This document shows positions 46,841 to 59,000 of a stretch of DNA of 64,000 nt, piece by piece. A program made the position numbers and the translations under genes. A model generated the notes under the pieces. It saw nothing but the letters and a program-made list of their open reading frames with translations. It made no database searches and was not told the origin of the DNA. Origin of the DNA: Neodothiora populina (lineage: Eukaryota). The stretch lies in assembly GCF_041146345.1 (NCBI RefSeq), contig NW_027191408.1, positions 868,001 to 932,000 of the forward strand, written 5' to 3'. How positions within the stretch are numbered: position 1 is the first letter of the stretch; each line of letters starts with the position of its first letter.

Positions 46841-49719
46841 ATGACGACTGGTCAATCTCATATAGGTGATCTTACTATCCGAGGCAGAAGAGGGTCGGGC
46901 GATTTCCCTCCTACTCCTCCAGACTCAGAGCACAGTGATTGCGAGAAGAAATCATCACAGGACCTAGAGAATGTGGACTTTGCACTCCCACCAAAGTCAT
47001 CACCTCCTACACAGGTGCTAGAGCAAGACAGAAAGACGCCTGACTCGTGGCTTCCTCGAGATTCGAGGTTGATTCGGTTGACTGGAGTGCACCCGTTCAA
47101 CGTCGAGGCTCCGTTATCCGATCTATACAATGAAGGTTTCTTGACGAGTCCAGAGCTATTTTATGTCAGGAACCATGGTCCTGTACCACAAGTGAGAGAC
47201 GAGGATATCCCAGACTGGGAGTTTACCGTCGAAGGGTGCGTGATTCAAGACTGTTTGTTTCTTCTCTTAGGCTGACATTATGAGTACAGTCTGGTTGAGA
47301 GACCAATTACCATCAAGTTGAAAGAACTCATGTCAGAATATGAACAAATCACATGCCCTGTAACGCTTGTCTGTGCTGGAAACAGACGCAAAGAACAAAA
47401 CGTCGTTCGTAAGACAAAAGGGTTCTCCTGGGGCGCTGCCGGAGTGTCGAATGCGCTCTGGACCGGTGTAGCCATGGGTGAAGTACTAAAACGAGCGGGG
47501 TTAAAGCGTGGTGCAAAGTACATTTGCATGGAAGGTGCCGATAAGTTGGTGAGTTTTATGCAATATTGAAAGCAGAACGATGCTGACAAAGGTGGCAGCC
47601 GAACGGTTACTACGGTACTTCCGTCAAGCTTAACTGGGCGCTCGATCCAAACAGAGGCATGATGCTCGCATACAAGCAGAACGGAGAAATGCTGAGGCCG
47701 GACCATGGCAAACCTCTTCGTTGCATCATCCCAGGACAAATCGGCGGACGAAGTGTCAAATGGCTCAAGAGGCTTATAGTCACAGCAGCGCCGAGCGATA
47801 ACTGGTATCACATTTACGATAACAGAGTTCTGCCGACAACTGTGTCGCCTGAGGAGTCGGCGAACAACCAAGCGTGGTGGATGGATGAACGCTACGCTAT
47901 TTATGACCTTTCAACCAATTCCGCTACTGCATACCCCGCACACGAAGAGCAGCTTTGTCTTGTCGGCGCTCCGGAAACTTACAAGGTCCAAGGATATGCG
48001 TACGGGGGCGGAGGTAGACGAGTCACTCGGGTTGAAATCACCCTCGACAAAGGCAAGACGTGGAAACTAGCAAACATCGACTATCCCGAAGACAAGTACC
48101 GAGACGCGGGGCCAGTGATGTTATACGGTGGCAAGCTCGACATGGAATGGAGAGAAAGCTCCTTTTCTTGGTGCTTTTGGAACCTGAACATCGCTGTTGA
48201 CGAACTCAAAGATGCGAGTGATATTCTCGTACGAGCGATGGATGAGAGCATGAACGTGCAACCTCGCGATATGTACTGGAGTGTCCTCGGTATGATGAAC
48301 AACCCATGGTTCCGTGTGACTATCGCCAAAGAAGGCGATTATCTGCGTTTCGAGCATCCGACACAACCCGCTTTGATACCGGGTGGATGGATGGAGCGTG
48401 TAAAGAAGGCAGGTGGCAACCTGAGTAATGGCTACTGGGGCGAGAAGCTCGGAGGTGGCGGCGAAGACAACAACGAAGACGGACCTCTCGAGGAATCGGC
48501 GAAAGAGGTTCCCATGACGAAACCCGACCTAAGCAAAACGATAACGATAGACGAATTACGAAAGCACGACACGGAAAACGAGCCATGGTTTGTTGTGAAT
48601 GGCGAAGTCTACGACGGTACCAAGTTCCTCGAGGGTCACCCAGGCGGTGCGTCGAGTATTGTCTCTGCAGCAGGACTGGACAGTACGGACGAGTTCATGG
48701 CGATCCACAGCGAGACAGCCAAATCAATGATGCCAGATTACCACATTGGCTCACTAGATGAAGAAGGCAAAGCAGCTCTGAGCGGCGAAGGCGACTCGGC
48801 GGCTGCAGAAGCTACCACGAACGCTCCTACGTTCCTCGACTCACGAACGTGGAAGAAAGCAATCCTAGAATCCAAGACAAGCGTATCCTGGGACACGCGA
48901 GTGTTTAGATTCAGACTGGATCACAAAGAGCAAACCCTCGGACTGCCCACCGGTCAACACATCATGATGCGCCTACGGGATCCCGTAACGCGAGAAGCGA
49001 TCATCCGCTCATACACGCCGACATCTCCCGCGAACCAACCAGGCTACATGGACGTCCTCGTAAAGATCTACTTCAAATCATCCTCCAATGCAGGCGGCAA
49101 GATGTCGCAAGCTCTCGACTCACTCCCCGTCGGCCACGCCGTCGACTTCAAAGGTCCGATAGGCAAATTCACATATCTCGGCAAAGGCATCTGCGCCGTC
49201 AACGGCGTCGAGCGCAAAATCAACCGGTTCGTCATGATCTGCGGCGGCAGCGGCATCACACCCATCTACCAAGTCTTCAGAGCCGTCATGCAGGACAAAG
49301 ACGACAAGACGCACTGCACGATCCTGGACGGCAACAGGCTCGTCGAAGACATTCTGTGCAAGCCAGAGCTCGACGGGTTCGCCGAAGAAGACGAAGCAGT
49401 GGTGGATGTGGTCGGCGACGAGGCTGTCGCAATCAAGAAAACGCGAAAGTGCAAGCTTCTGTACACGTTGACTCAAGCGCCAGAGAACTGGACGGGGCTT
49501 CGAGGCCGGATCGCCGCGCCGTTACTGGCCGAGCACGCCACGAAGGAAATGTTACTGAGCAACGACTCGACGAAGGAAGCCTTGAGCGTCGACGTCGAGG
49601 CTGGTTCAGAAAAGGGCGGCGCAATGGTCCTTATCTGTGGACCCGAAGCTCTGGAGAAGAGTGCGCACGCTGCTCTGCTTGAGCTGGGGTGGAAGGACGA
49701 CGAGCTTCTGTTCTTTTGA
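46841..49719 (+). CDS. niaD: Assimilatory nitrate reductase; introns 47236-47289, 47549-47598
   Basis: Moco domain RLTGVHPFN, YVRNHGPVP, TLVCAGNRRKE; cytochrome b5 FLEGHPGG; FAD/NAD(P)H domain RSYTP, GKMS, CGGSGITP, CGP. Confidence 0.97.
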
Positions 49720-51071
49720 TTCGTCTTGTTCATTCATTACTCCCTTTTGCTTCTCTGTCGCTATACCCGAGGGATGCTTCTCACCTTTTCCATCGCTGAG
49801 TTAGTCGACGGGAGAAGTCATCGTTTCCTCAATTGTACAAAGTTACATACCATCGATCCCGTCTCAAGTCAGCCAACAGAGGCTCTCCGCGACGGCAGCT
49901 ACGACACGGGCGTTCAAGAGGCTATTTGATATCTCGTTGTATATAGCGTATATATCGTCCGTGCTCATTCCCAAGACGGAGACCAAAGACGCAAGAATGT
50001 GTATGTATATACCAAGAATCTATCCCGTCACCTTGTCTCTTTCTCTCGTTTTTCCTCTTCTCGGTTTCGGTGTCCTCACAATCTAATGCAGAAAGGCAAA
50101 TGGGACAATATTGCATAGGGGATCAAGAGAAGTGTATACCAAGATCTGTCTCGTCTCTTCTTCTTCCTTTTTCTCTTGCAGTGTCATCACGACGGACCGA
50201 GAGGCAGAGGGAGAAGGGAAAGAACTAGAAGCAAAGTGATTTTCGGCCGATAAGGGCTTGTTTCACTGAGGTTGTCCTTGCGCTTGAGACTGTATATATA
50301 AAGCTATCGATGCAATGTATATAAGGATATATGAACGGGGCGTCACTGCTACGTGAAATATAGAAATATATGATATCGTATTGACTGTACACACTGGCAT
50401 CACCAGATCGCTCGCTGGCTCGCTATATCTATTTCTGGTGGTCTGTCGTTGTCTGTCTCTCATTGGGTGTTCAGAAAAGAGAATCAGATTCAAGCAACAT
50501 TACGCAAACAGCAAGAGGTAGAACAGAGGAAGACGGAGAAGAAGAATCGAAAAAGAGGTTGCTTGGTTCGTGATGTAATAAATCTTTGAATACTGATCGT
50601 CATATGTCCCGTCGCTTGACTTTTATAATTCATGGAAAGAAGAGAAATTGATTACGAGAGATTGGGTCATCTCGTAACATGCAAATCATCATTCGTCCTA
50701 GTGTTTTGTCGTTTCGTCGGATTAAACTAATGCATGGAAAGCAGACAGAAAACAGAGCATCAAGAAGAAGAGAAAACGAATGGACAAGACGCCAAATCGT
50801 CATGTAAGAAAACATGTCTAAAACAGGGATTACGTTCATCGTCTTGGATCTGACTAGTTCATATGGAAGAAGAGGGGAGAACCAGAAACCAGAACCAGAA
50901 GAATAGCCCAAAAAAAGGAGGTTAAAGGGCGCTATGGGAGACAGTAAAGATTTGATCAATGATCCAAAGAAAACAAAATGTGGGAATCTCTCGTCCAATG
51001 ACTCCGATTGATTCTGCGCCTGTTCCCTCTCTCTCTCGTCGTTATGCTTGCCTGCCATCTTATGTTCATGA

Positions 51072-52588
51072 TCATGATGATGCTGGGCCCCCTGATGTGT
51101 CTCCCTGGCCTCCCCCTCCCCCTCCGAATGCATTCCGCATGCGTCCAAATAACCCACCACTTCCACCAGCACCAGCACTTGAATTACTAGTCCGTCGGTG
51201 TGCTTGAGGAGGAGGAGAAGCAAAAGACGAATCAGAAGATGACGAGCCAGTCGACTGATACCGCTGCGACTCGGCAGCGCGATCACGATGCGGGTCATGT
51301 CTGGGCACTTGATCTTCGGTCCTCGGCACAGACGGATCTGCAGGGCCGTCTTGGGGCATTATACCGCTTCTGCAGTGCGGGCAGGTGTCGTGCTCGCCCA
51401 GCCAGAGCTTGATGCATTCGCCGTGGAACCAGTGCTTGCAGGGTAATACGGTGACTTTTTCGCCGAGGTGTACTGCTTCCATGCAGATCGAACAGTCTGC
51501 TTTTCCTTCGTTGTCGAGATCTGATGAGATGATTGGTCGCTGCGGTAGGTTTGCTATTGCTTCTGCGGATGCGGGACCAGGGGCGTTGCCAGAAGTGTTC
51601 TGCTCCATGAGTTGGGAAATAATCCTGTCCAAAGCTTCTTGCGAGTAAACTGCGTCGCCGTGTTGCATGTTTGTAGGATTGAACAGGCCAGCGAAGAGGT
51701 TGAGCGGAATGGCAGCGCCGCCGTTCATGCGTGGACCGCCTGTGAGGGGGTCACCAGCGGCTACTGGATCGAACATGCGGTTGAGAAAAGTCGGGAGATC
51801 ATCAAAGGGTTGGCCAAAGGGCTGCGCGTTGTTTGCATCCCGAGGTAAGATGCGAGTCGATGCCGTCCATGTGAATCCAGGTCCCCCACCTTGGTAGAAG
51901 TGTGTACCGTTTCCTCCTCCCTGTTGTTGTTGTTGTTGCTGCTGCTGCTGCTGTTGTTGTTCCTGTCCACCTGCCTGGCGCTGTCCTGTCTGTTGTTGTT
52001 GCTGTTGTTGCTGTTGTTGTGCATCTATTCCTGCATCACCCGTCGGCGGCGGTCTGCCTCCCATGATTCCATTCAACATAGTGGCAAAGCTCTGCATGAT
52101 GGGATTATTTGCCGTGGCGGGATCTTGCTGATACGCAGCGAAAGCGTTTCCGTTCATCGGGATATTACGGGAGAACTGGAAGGACATCGTCCTGGGAGCG
52201 TTGGCAGGAAAGTGCAGGTTAGAGATGTCGTCCTCGTCCGGATCGGGAGCGTCTTGTTCTTGTCCGGTCGCCCATGGGTTGTGGTTGTGCATGTCCTGCA
52301 TAAAGGCCATGTCTTGGTCCTCATTATCATCTTCGCCGAACATTTCCTCTCTGGGGTCATGTTGTGGTTCGATCTTTTTGTTTTTTGGTCAGCATGATGT
52401 GTCGTGGTTTGATGATAGAGAATAAGACAGAAGCGTACGATTTCGGTAAAGTCAGAGTGGCAGTCCGGACATGTCAGACCATGTTCATCTCTATACCATT
52501 CGTTTTCGCATTCGTGGCAAAAGACCATGTCACGCTGGCCTGCGACCGCCTGCTGCTGCTGCTGTTGCTGACCAGCAGCGTGATCCAT
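51072..52588 (-). CDS. RING-H2 E3 ubiquitin ligase with N-terminal zinc ribbon (RNF126/RNF115-like); intron 52374-52438
   Basis: FCHEC..TCPDCHSDFTEI, GDAVYSQEALDRIISQLME, CSICM..LPCKHWFHGECIKLWL..CPHCR. Confidence 0.9.
51921..52020 (-). repeat. Two CAA/CAG poly-Gln tracts in the RING E3 gene
   Basis: Read directly. Similar poly-Q tracts lie at 18504-18533 and 57627-57659. Confidence 0.9.
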
Positions 52589-53672
52589 GATGGACGGACT
52601 GCAAGAGATCCCTGTGTGGCTGCCTCTTACTGTCGCACTCTTTTATCCTGCTTATATACCAAACTTTCGCCCACACTCGGATTTAAAATGCAAGAGAGTA
52701 ACAATTAGTGATTCGCGAGTCAACAACGGAATGTTTTGAGTATTCAAGAATTCACAAATAAACTCCAAGGGATCAAGTAATCAAACCCGAGACGCGAGAT
52801 GTAACTACAGTAACAGCGAGAGAAAGAAGCGAGGTTGCACGCCGCGCGCAGTGGGTGGGTGGAAGATATTCGAATTCCGGAGATCAGTTAAAGTGGTAGC
52901 CACAGCCAGCTTGACCCCGCGACCGATTACGTAGATTGTGGGATGATGTTATTGTTTGGAAGGCAGGGTAATAAAGGACAATCAGAAACAAGAAAAAAGG
53001 GAAAGACGAGAGGTTGGAGCTATGCGGTTAGCCTTGGGGAAATAAAAATAAAGCTTAGGTATCACACATCAGCAGACACTCTGTAGGTTTGAGGTGGTGT
53101 TGATAATCGGGATATCATAATAAAAGTGGTAAGAATATGAATCACCTGCCGCAGAGTGACTCCCTCCCGAGTGAAGGGAATACAATAGAAGTAGAAGCCA
53201 CGCACATGACGTCCCAGGGTTTTTCCCAACAGCGGTATCCACCCGAGCCACCTCTCACACGCAATAAGAGTAATCCCCGATCCGCCTCCCACTCTCGAAA
53301 CACGACGTTGACGTTTTACCGAGGGCGCGTTTGCTTCTTCTGCTGCTGCTGCTGCTGCGCCACTAGATATTGCTTCAAGTGCTTCAGCCACACGTGTTCC
53401 AGACATGCAAGTCCATTTCGCGGGGGAGGGCGACCCTGTCTATCATATCATGCTGTAGCTCTCGTTCGTGATCGACATATACTCGATCACTGCTGTGTCT
53501 GCTATAGTCGTTGCCGTAGGGTAATGTAGTCAGGACAGCCTATAAAGACGTCATGAGAAGTGAAAGGCAAATCGAGAAGAAATGGAGTGATTCATATATA
53601 TCCAAGAACAAACTCTCCGTTGAAAACAAGACCTGATCAACAACTTGATGGTCATATCTCGCCTCAACCCCC

Positions 53673-54346
53673 CTATCTCCTTCGCTGTGCCCCCTTGAAC
53701 AACAGACTGCCAACAACACCCGCAGCAACAGCCAGTCCACCGACAATAGCGACACCCACGAGACCCTCCTTGGCAACCTTGTCGTCGATCAAGCCTCTGA
53801 GACTCTGCGCCTGCAGGTTGTTGTGCTCAAGATCCAGCAGCAGCTCATTGTACCGTCTCGCCTCGGAGTAGTTGCCTAGCTTGTAGTTGCCCAGTGCAAG
53901 ATAGTAGAGACATTCGCGTCGGCGGTCGGGGGAGGAGCGGAAGATTTCTGTGAGGAGGCGCACGCCTTCTTGTTGCTCGGAGCGTTGTGTGGATTTGATC
54001 AGACCCTTGTTGTGTTCAGCTTCACTTCGGGAGCTCGCTAGCAAAGAAACTCACCCAGGCGTAGTTGAACTTGGTCTGTAGCGACACATATTCGCCTTCC
54101 TTTTCGTACTGTGAGCGGAGCACTTGAAGCTCGGCGGGCTTGAGTGGTCTATTTTGTGACAACAGTCTAGTCAGAGCTTTTCTTCTTTTTGCTTGCGACT
54201 CTTGCTGCCTAGCATTATTATGGTCATTTCATGGGTGGCGCTTACGATTCGGCGTCTGCGGCGTCTGTTTGGATTGCAGTGTTAGTTTCCAGACTTGCAC
54301 AAGGGGATGCGGCGAGGGAGTGCTTACATGGTAGATGTTCACCCAT
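53673..54346 (-). CDS. FIS1: Mitochondrial fission protein Fis1; exons 54328-54346, 54246-54264, 54055-54148, 53673-54005
   Basis: [63 protein letters not shown]-terminal TM and basic tail. Confidence 0.95.
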
Positions 54347-54690
54347 GATTGATTTTGTGAATGTTCTTATTACAGAGTAGAGAAAGTAAGTGGAGGTGAC
54401 CACAATCTGTTTAGGACAAGGCAAAGGCTGTCTGAGATACCAAGACAAGTTGCATGTGATACTGGATACTACTTCCTCGACTGCTGCTGCTCCTTCCTCT
54501 TCCCCGACCGACCGCCCGCCGGGAACAAGAAAGAGGAAAGAGCAGTGAGATCATTTCCAGGGTCCAGCTGCGTTGGAGTCGAGCGGCCCGTGCACAGCTG
54601 GTTGCTACCCGCGAGTTTGCACAAGTAAACATTACTTTTCTGTATACCGTACAATCACCATACCATTCCACAACTCTCGCCTCTCGTCAA

Positions 54691-54720
54691 ACACGCTGTG
54701 ATACACGCTGTGATACACGC
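54691..54720. repeat. 12-bp tandem repeat ACACGCTGTGAT x2.5 in the FIS1/SPC24 divergent promoter
   Basis: Read directly from the sequence. Confidence 0.88.
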
Positions 54721-54870
54721 ATAAAAGCCAAGGGAACCTCGGCAGAAGAACTCGGAAAATCTCAAATCTGGCATTACCCCGCCCGCGCAAGACAAGTGTC
54801 TGACCTCGCGACCACAAGTACACTCGGCAACCAAAACACAAAACAATCGCAATTCTATATCACCGCAACC

Positions 54871-55614
54871 ATGGTTCTCTTCGACGAAGACCCCGTAACC
54901 GTAAACCTCTCTCTCTCACTCCAGATGCAAGAAAAAAGAAAAGAAAAAACTAATCCTCGCGCCCAGCTAATCCGCCAAACAACCAACAACTTCCACACAG
55001 CCTCGGACCTATCCTCCCTAAGCCGCGTGACATCCTCCCTCTCGACCCTCCAGACCGCGCGCCACCTGCGTCTGCAATCCGCGACGCAAACCCTCTCCTC
55101 TCTCCAACGAACCCTCGCCTCAAAGCGCACCCAGCACGAATCCTCAATCTCAACCCACGACCCAGCCGCACACGCCTCTCTGATCCTGTCGCTCGACACG
55201 CAGAAATTCAGAATCGCAAAAGCGGCTTCGGACGCCGAGATCGAGGCCGAGCGTCTAGAGGCCGAGAGCAGAGTGTTGAAGCAGCAGTTACAAAGACTCG
55301 ACGACGAGGGCGTCGAGGGCGGGAGTTTCGTCGATCAGGAGACGCGGGACAGGGAGGATGAGAACGTGCTGCGTCTGAAGGTTTATCGCTCGCTGGGCAT
55401 CGAGTGTGAATGGGATCTGGAAAAGGAGGAGGTCAGGCGCGCGGTCGTGAGGCGGGATAATGGCGATGCCGCCGCCGCCGCCGCTGCTGAAGCTCATGCA
55501 GAGCCTGCTACTTCTGCATCGACGACGGGCACAGGCGGACATGTCACGGTCGTTAACATCGATCCCAAGTTCCATCGCTTTTTCTACGCCGATTTGTTCT
55601 GGGCGAGCTTGTGA
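54871..55614 (+). CDS. SPC24: NDC80 complex kinetochore subunit Spc24; intron 54901-54966
   Basis: MVLFDEDPVT/LIRQTTNNF.., LDTQKFRIAKAASDAEIE, VLRLKVYRSLGIE, VVNIDPKFHRFFYADLFW. Confidence 0.9.
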   Translation: MVLFDEDPVTVNLSLSLQMQEKRKEKTNPRAQLIRQTTNNFHTASDLSSLSRVTSSLSTLQTARHLRLQSATQTLSSLQRTLASKRTQHESSISTHDPAAHASLILSLDTQKFRIAKAASDAEIEAERLEAESRVLKQQLQRLDDEGVEGGSFVDQETRDREDENVLRLKVYRSLGIECEWDLEKEEVRRAVVRRDNGDAAAAAAAEAHAEPATSASTTGTGGHVTVVNIDPKFHRFFYADLFWASL

Positions 55615-56097
55615 GATTGAGAGGCTTCCTTTTCCTTTTTTAGGCGGAGTTTCCATCCAGGGCGTTTTTCATCATCTGTCGGCAGATCGTCGACCACATA
55701 CCCTTTTCCTTCATGCACTTCATTCCTTCCATTTTATGTATTCGAGGCTAGATCGACTTTTTGGAAATGTGTTTACGGTCGCCGTCCTTATTTTATTTAA
55801 CAGAAGTCTCCCTTCAATGCACATTGTCTCTTCTCTCTTTCACGTGCATTATTGTTCTTTGTAAGGTCTAATGGAAATAGCAATCCATTTCATACTAGTA
55901 AATTACTGAATGATGAGCGATAATTCACTCAACTCCAGCTTCCACCACTTGCTTTCATCTATCTTATGAAGAAGGTGGGATCACAGGCTTGGCACAATAT
56001 TGTTCTTCAGTAATGAGCGTGTTCTTGCATCATCTAATCACACATCCCCTTCGGGATCTACAGACCAAACGCACGACTCAGCCAGAAAGCCATCCAA

Positions 56098-59000
56098 TCA
56101 TCTCTTGCCGGCCTTCTTTTTGGGAGCGACAACCTTGAAGCTCCCAGCTGCCACAACACCCTCATCGAGACCCAAGCCCTTGTTCAATCCGCCGCCGAGA
56201 CCACCGGCACCAGCAGCGGCACCTGCAGCATTCGCGGAAGAAGGTCCCTTCTTGGCAACCTCAGACCAGCCGCCAGTCGATGATGCACCGGCGTTCGCAG
56301 GACTACTGCTGGACTTGGTGGTCGTGTCGACGATTCCCTTGTCGGCGAGCTTGCGGCGGCGCAGGAACTCCTCTGCAAAGTGGCGAGAGTCGATGGTCGA
56401 TGTCATCGAGTGCACCGCGTGCATGACGATTTCCGCTTCGTTGCCCAAAGCGAGAAGGTTGGCTACGAAATCTTCGGCTGTTGGGAGAGAATGGTTAGTC
56501 AAGTGAAATAGAGAAGAAAGAGGGAAATCTTACCTTGAGTGCCCTTCTGCAGGTCATGCTTGAGCTCGTTGACAGCCCACTTCTTAAATTCCTCGTTTGC
56601 GTTGACCGTGACGCCAGATCCGCTCGTGGTGGGCTTGGTGACTACAGGCTTCTTGACTGCAGGAACACCAGCGGCACTAACCGCTCGTGATGCGACAGGT
56701 GTGGGCGCAGGAGCGGGAGTCTTGACCTTGCCGCTTGCGCCTACTGTGGTCCAGGCACCGCCTGGTGCACCAATGACTGGGCTGGGGCTTGGAGAGGCTG
56801 TCTTGCCGGCGAGATCGGCATATCGCTTGCCCACTGCTGCCTGATGGACTGCAGCAGTGGCAGTAGCGTTGGCCTGAGCAGCAGCAGCTGCGACTGCAAG
56901 CTGGCGCTTCTTGCGCGCTTCCTCTTCCTTCTGGATCTGAGCAAGAGTCTTGGTTGATGTTGGCGTGGCAGCTGGCTTGGTCGCTGCTTTGGCCCAAGCA
57001 GATGCAGTCGCAGAGGCAGGAGTGGCGGGAGACGCATTGGCGCTCGCCCAGGTCGAGCTGGATGGCAGACCAGGTGCGGGTGCAATGTTTTGAGCCTGAG
57101 CGAGGAGCTCTCTTTCCAAAGCGGCGCGACGGGCTTCCGCTGCGACAGCTTCTTGTTCGGCAGCGACCTTGGCCTCGGCCTCCTGGATCTCCTTGAGAGA
57201 AGGTCCCCTGGGAGCCTCGGCAGGCTCTTTCGCCCAGGGTGCGATCGAGGCGCTCGGGGTGTCGACCGAAGGTGTCTGGGAGCGCGACCTCGACTCAGCG
57301 TGGAGCGCATCAGCCATGTTAGAGCGATTGCGCTGGGCAGCAGGAGCCGGAAGAGGAGACTGCGAAGGAGCGGGAGGGAATGGTTGGGGGAATGGCTGAG
57401 GCAGAGTGGTGTCGACCTTTGCCCATACTGACTGCGGAACAGGTGACTGTTTGGCAGATTGTGCCTTTTGAACTTGTTCGGTCAAAGAGAGCTGCTCCTG
57501 GGGCTGGTGTGTCTGCTGAGTGTGCTCAGTCTGAGACTCTTCCGCACCGAGCGCCGACTCGATCGATTTGGCGATCTGTTCGTCTTGTCGCTCTTCGGCC
57601 TGTTGCTGGCTCTGGGCATCGTCAGACTGTTGTTGTTGTTGTTGTTGTTGTTGCTGCTGCTCAGTCTGTGGAGCGCTAGGCTTGCCGATAACGCCTTCGG
57701 ATGCGACATTAAAAGGGTCAGCCTGAGCTTCAGGCTGAAGGCCCTGGAATTGCTGAAATCTCTCGTTGCCGGCAGGCTGGTCTTGACGGACCCGCTGAGC
57801 AGCATCTTTCTGGGTCTGTTCTTGCTGCAATCTCTGGCGGTCGTTCAACATCTGAGCTACTTGCTGATCGTGTTGCAACGGTTGCCCAATGCCACCAAAG
57901 GCACCCTGCTGTCTTCTACCAATGTTCAGTCTGTCAAGCATACCAGGCAGTTCCTCTTCTCTGATGTTGCCGAGCATATCGACACCGGCGCCCACGGCAC
58001 TGAGACCGCCACCGATACCAGCACCAAGACCGCCGATCGGACCATTGCGGAAGGAGTTGTCAAAGAAACCAGGGACATTCTGAGAGCCTTGCGCAGGTCC
58101 AGGGTGAGCCGCGGGCTGATAGGACGATGGCGAAGTGATACTTCCAAAGCTGGGCTGGCTGTGGAGGCTCTGCGCGCTCGAGTGGTGGTGCAGCTGCTGA
58201 GGCAACATACCATACTGGCCCTGCAGCTGAAACTTCTGTGCAATCTGCTGCTGAGCAAGGTGCTCCTTCTGACGCGCCATGAGGTACTGCTCTTCCTGCT
58301 TACGGCGCTCGAGAGCGTTTTGCTGATCAGCAGTCAAGGTAGTGCCAAAAGACGGGAAGCTGTTTGCGAATGGTGGCTGAGCTCCGGAGGCTGGTGTCGC
58401 CAAAGGACCATTCCATGCAGCGGGTGGGTTGACCGTAGAAGTGCCGTGGGGAATACCAATCTGCGGAACGAGGAAAGGCTCACGGCTGTTACCAATACGC
58501 CTGATGAGCTGGGCCAGAGGTTCATAGTCAGGATCCTCGTACTTCTTGACCAGAAGCTCAGGGCTGAAGAATCCAGCCTTGTACCAGTCGTGCATCTCCA
58601 GACCAGACCACGGGCCCTGAGTGTTACCCTGCGGATCGCGGTAGATCCATCTCATCCTATCCGGCATGACCATGGTCTTCTGTTGAGCAGCTGGTGGCTG
58701 GTTGCTCGCAGAGCTGCTGACTGCTGGAGGCGGGATCGAGCGAGCGCCGATCGGATCCTGGCCGGCCGAGGCGATGGAGGGAGTCTGAGCGTTTGACGTG
58801 CCGAATTGCCCGAATGGGATATCTGGAAGTTCAGCACGATTTCGGTCAGGAAAGGTATTGTAAAGCTCACTTGATCCAGCCTGCGCCCTGAATGGACTAT
58901 CTGTGTCCCGGGCAGGTCCGCCTGAATTGGAGTATTCTCCGTGCTCCGAACCCTCCTCTCCGTAGTGTTGCATGCTAGAGGCAGATCTGATCTGCTCCTG

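Noticed and set aside
49720..49929. In-frame open extension after the niaD stop
   Set aside because: No readthrough context, no PTS1 at the end (..QEAI), and the composition is UTR-like.
50630..51298. 222-aa alternative-frame ORF running past the RING gene stop
   Set aside because: F/L/S-rich translation of a pyrimidine-rich 3' UTR, with no splice evidence joining it to the gene.
53062..53406. 114-aa ORF with poly-Ala between FIS1 and the RING gene
   Set aside because: Driven by a (GCT)n microsatellite, with no domain or other coding support.
54691..54720. Short tandem repeats considered as CRISPR-like or mobile-element footprints
   Set aside because: No spacers or associated genes, and the context is eukaryotic. 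Simple slippage duplications explain them.
57459..58796. 445-aa plus-strand ORF
   Set aside because: Antisense shadow of the GYF CDS. Its poly-Leu mirrors the poly-Gln and it has no recognisable domain.
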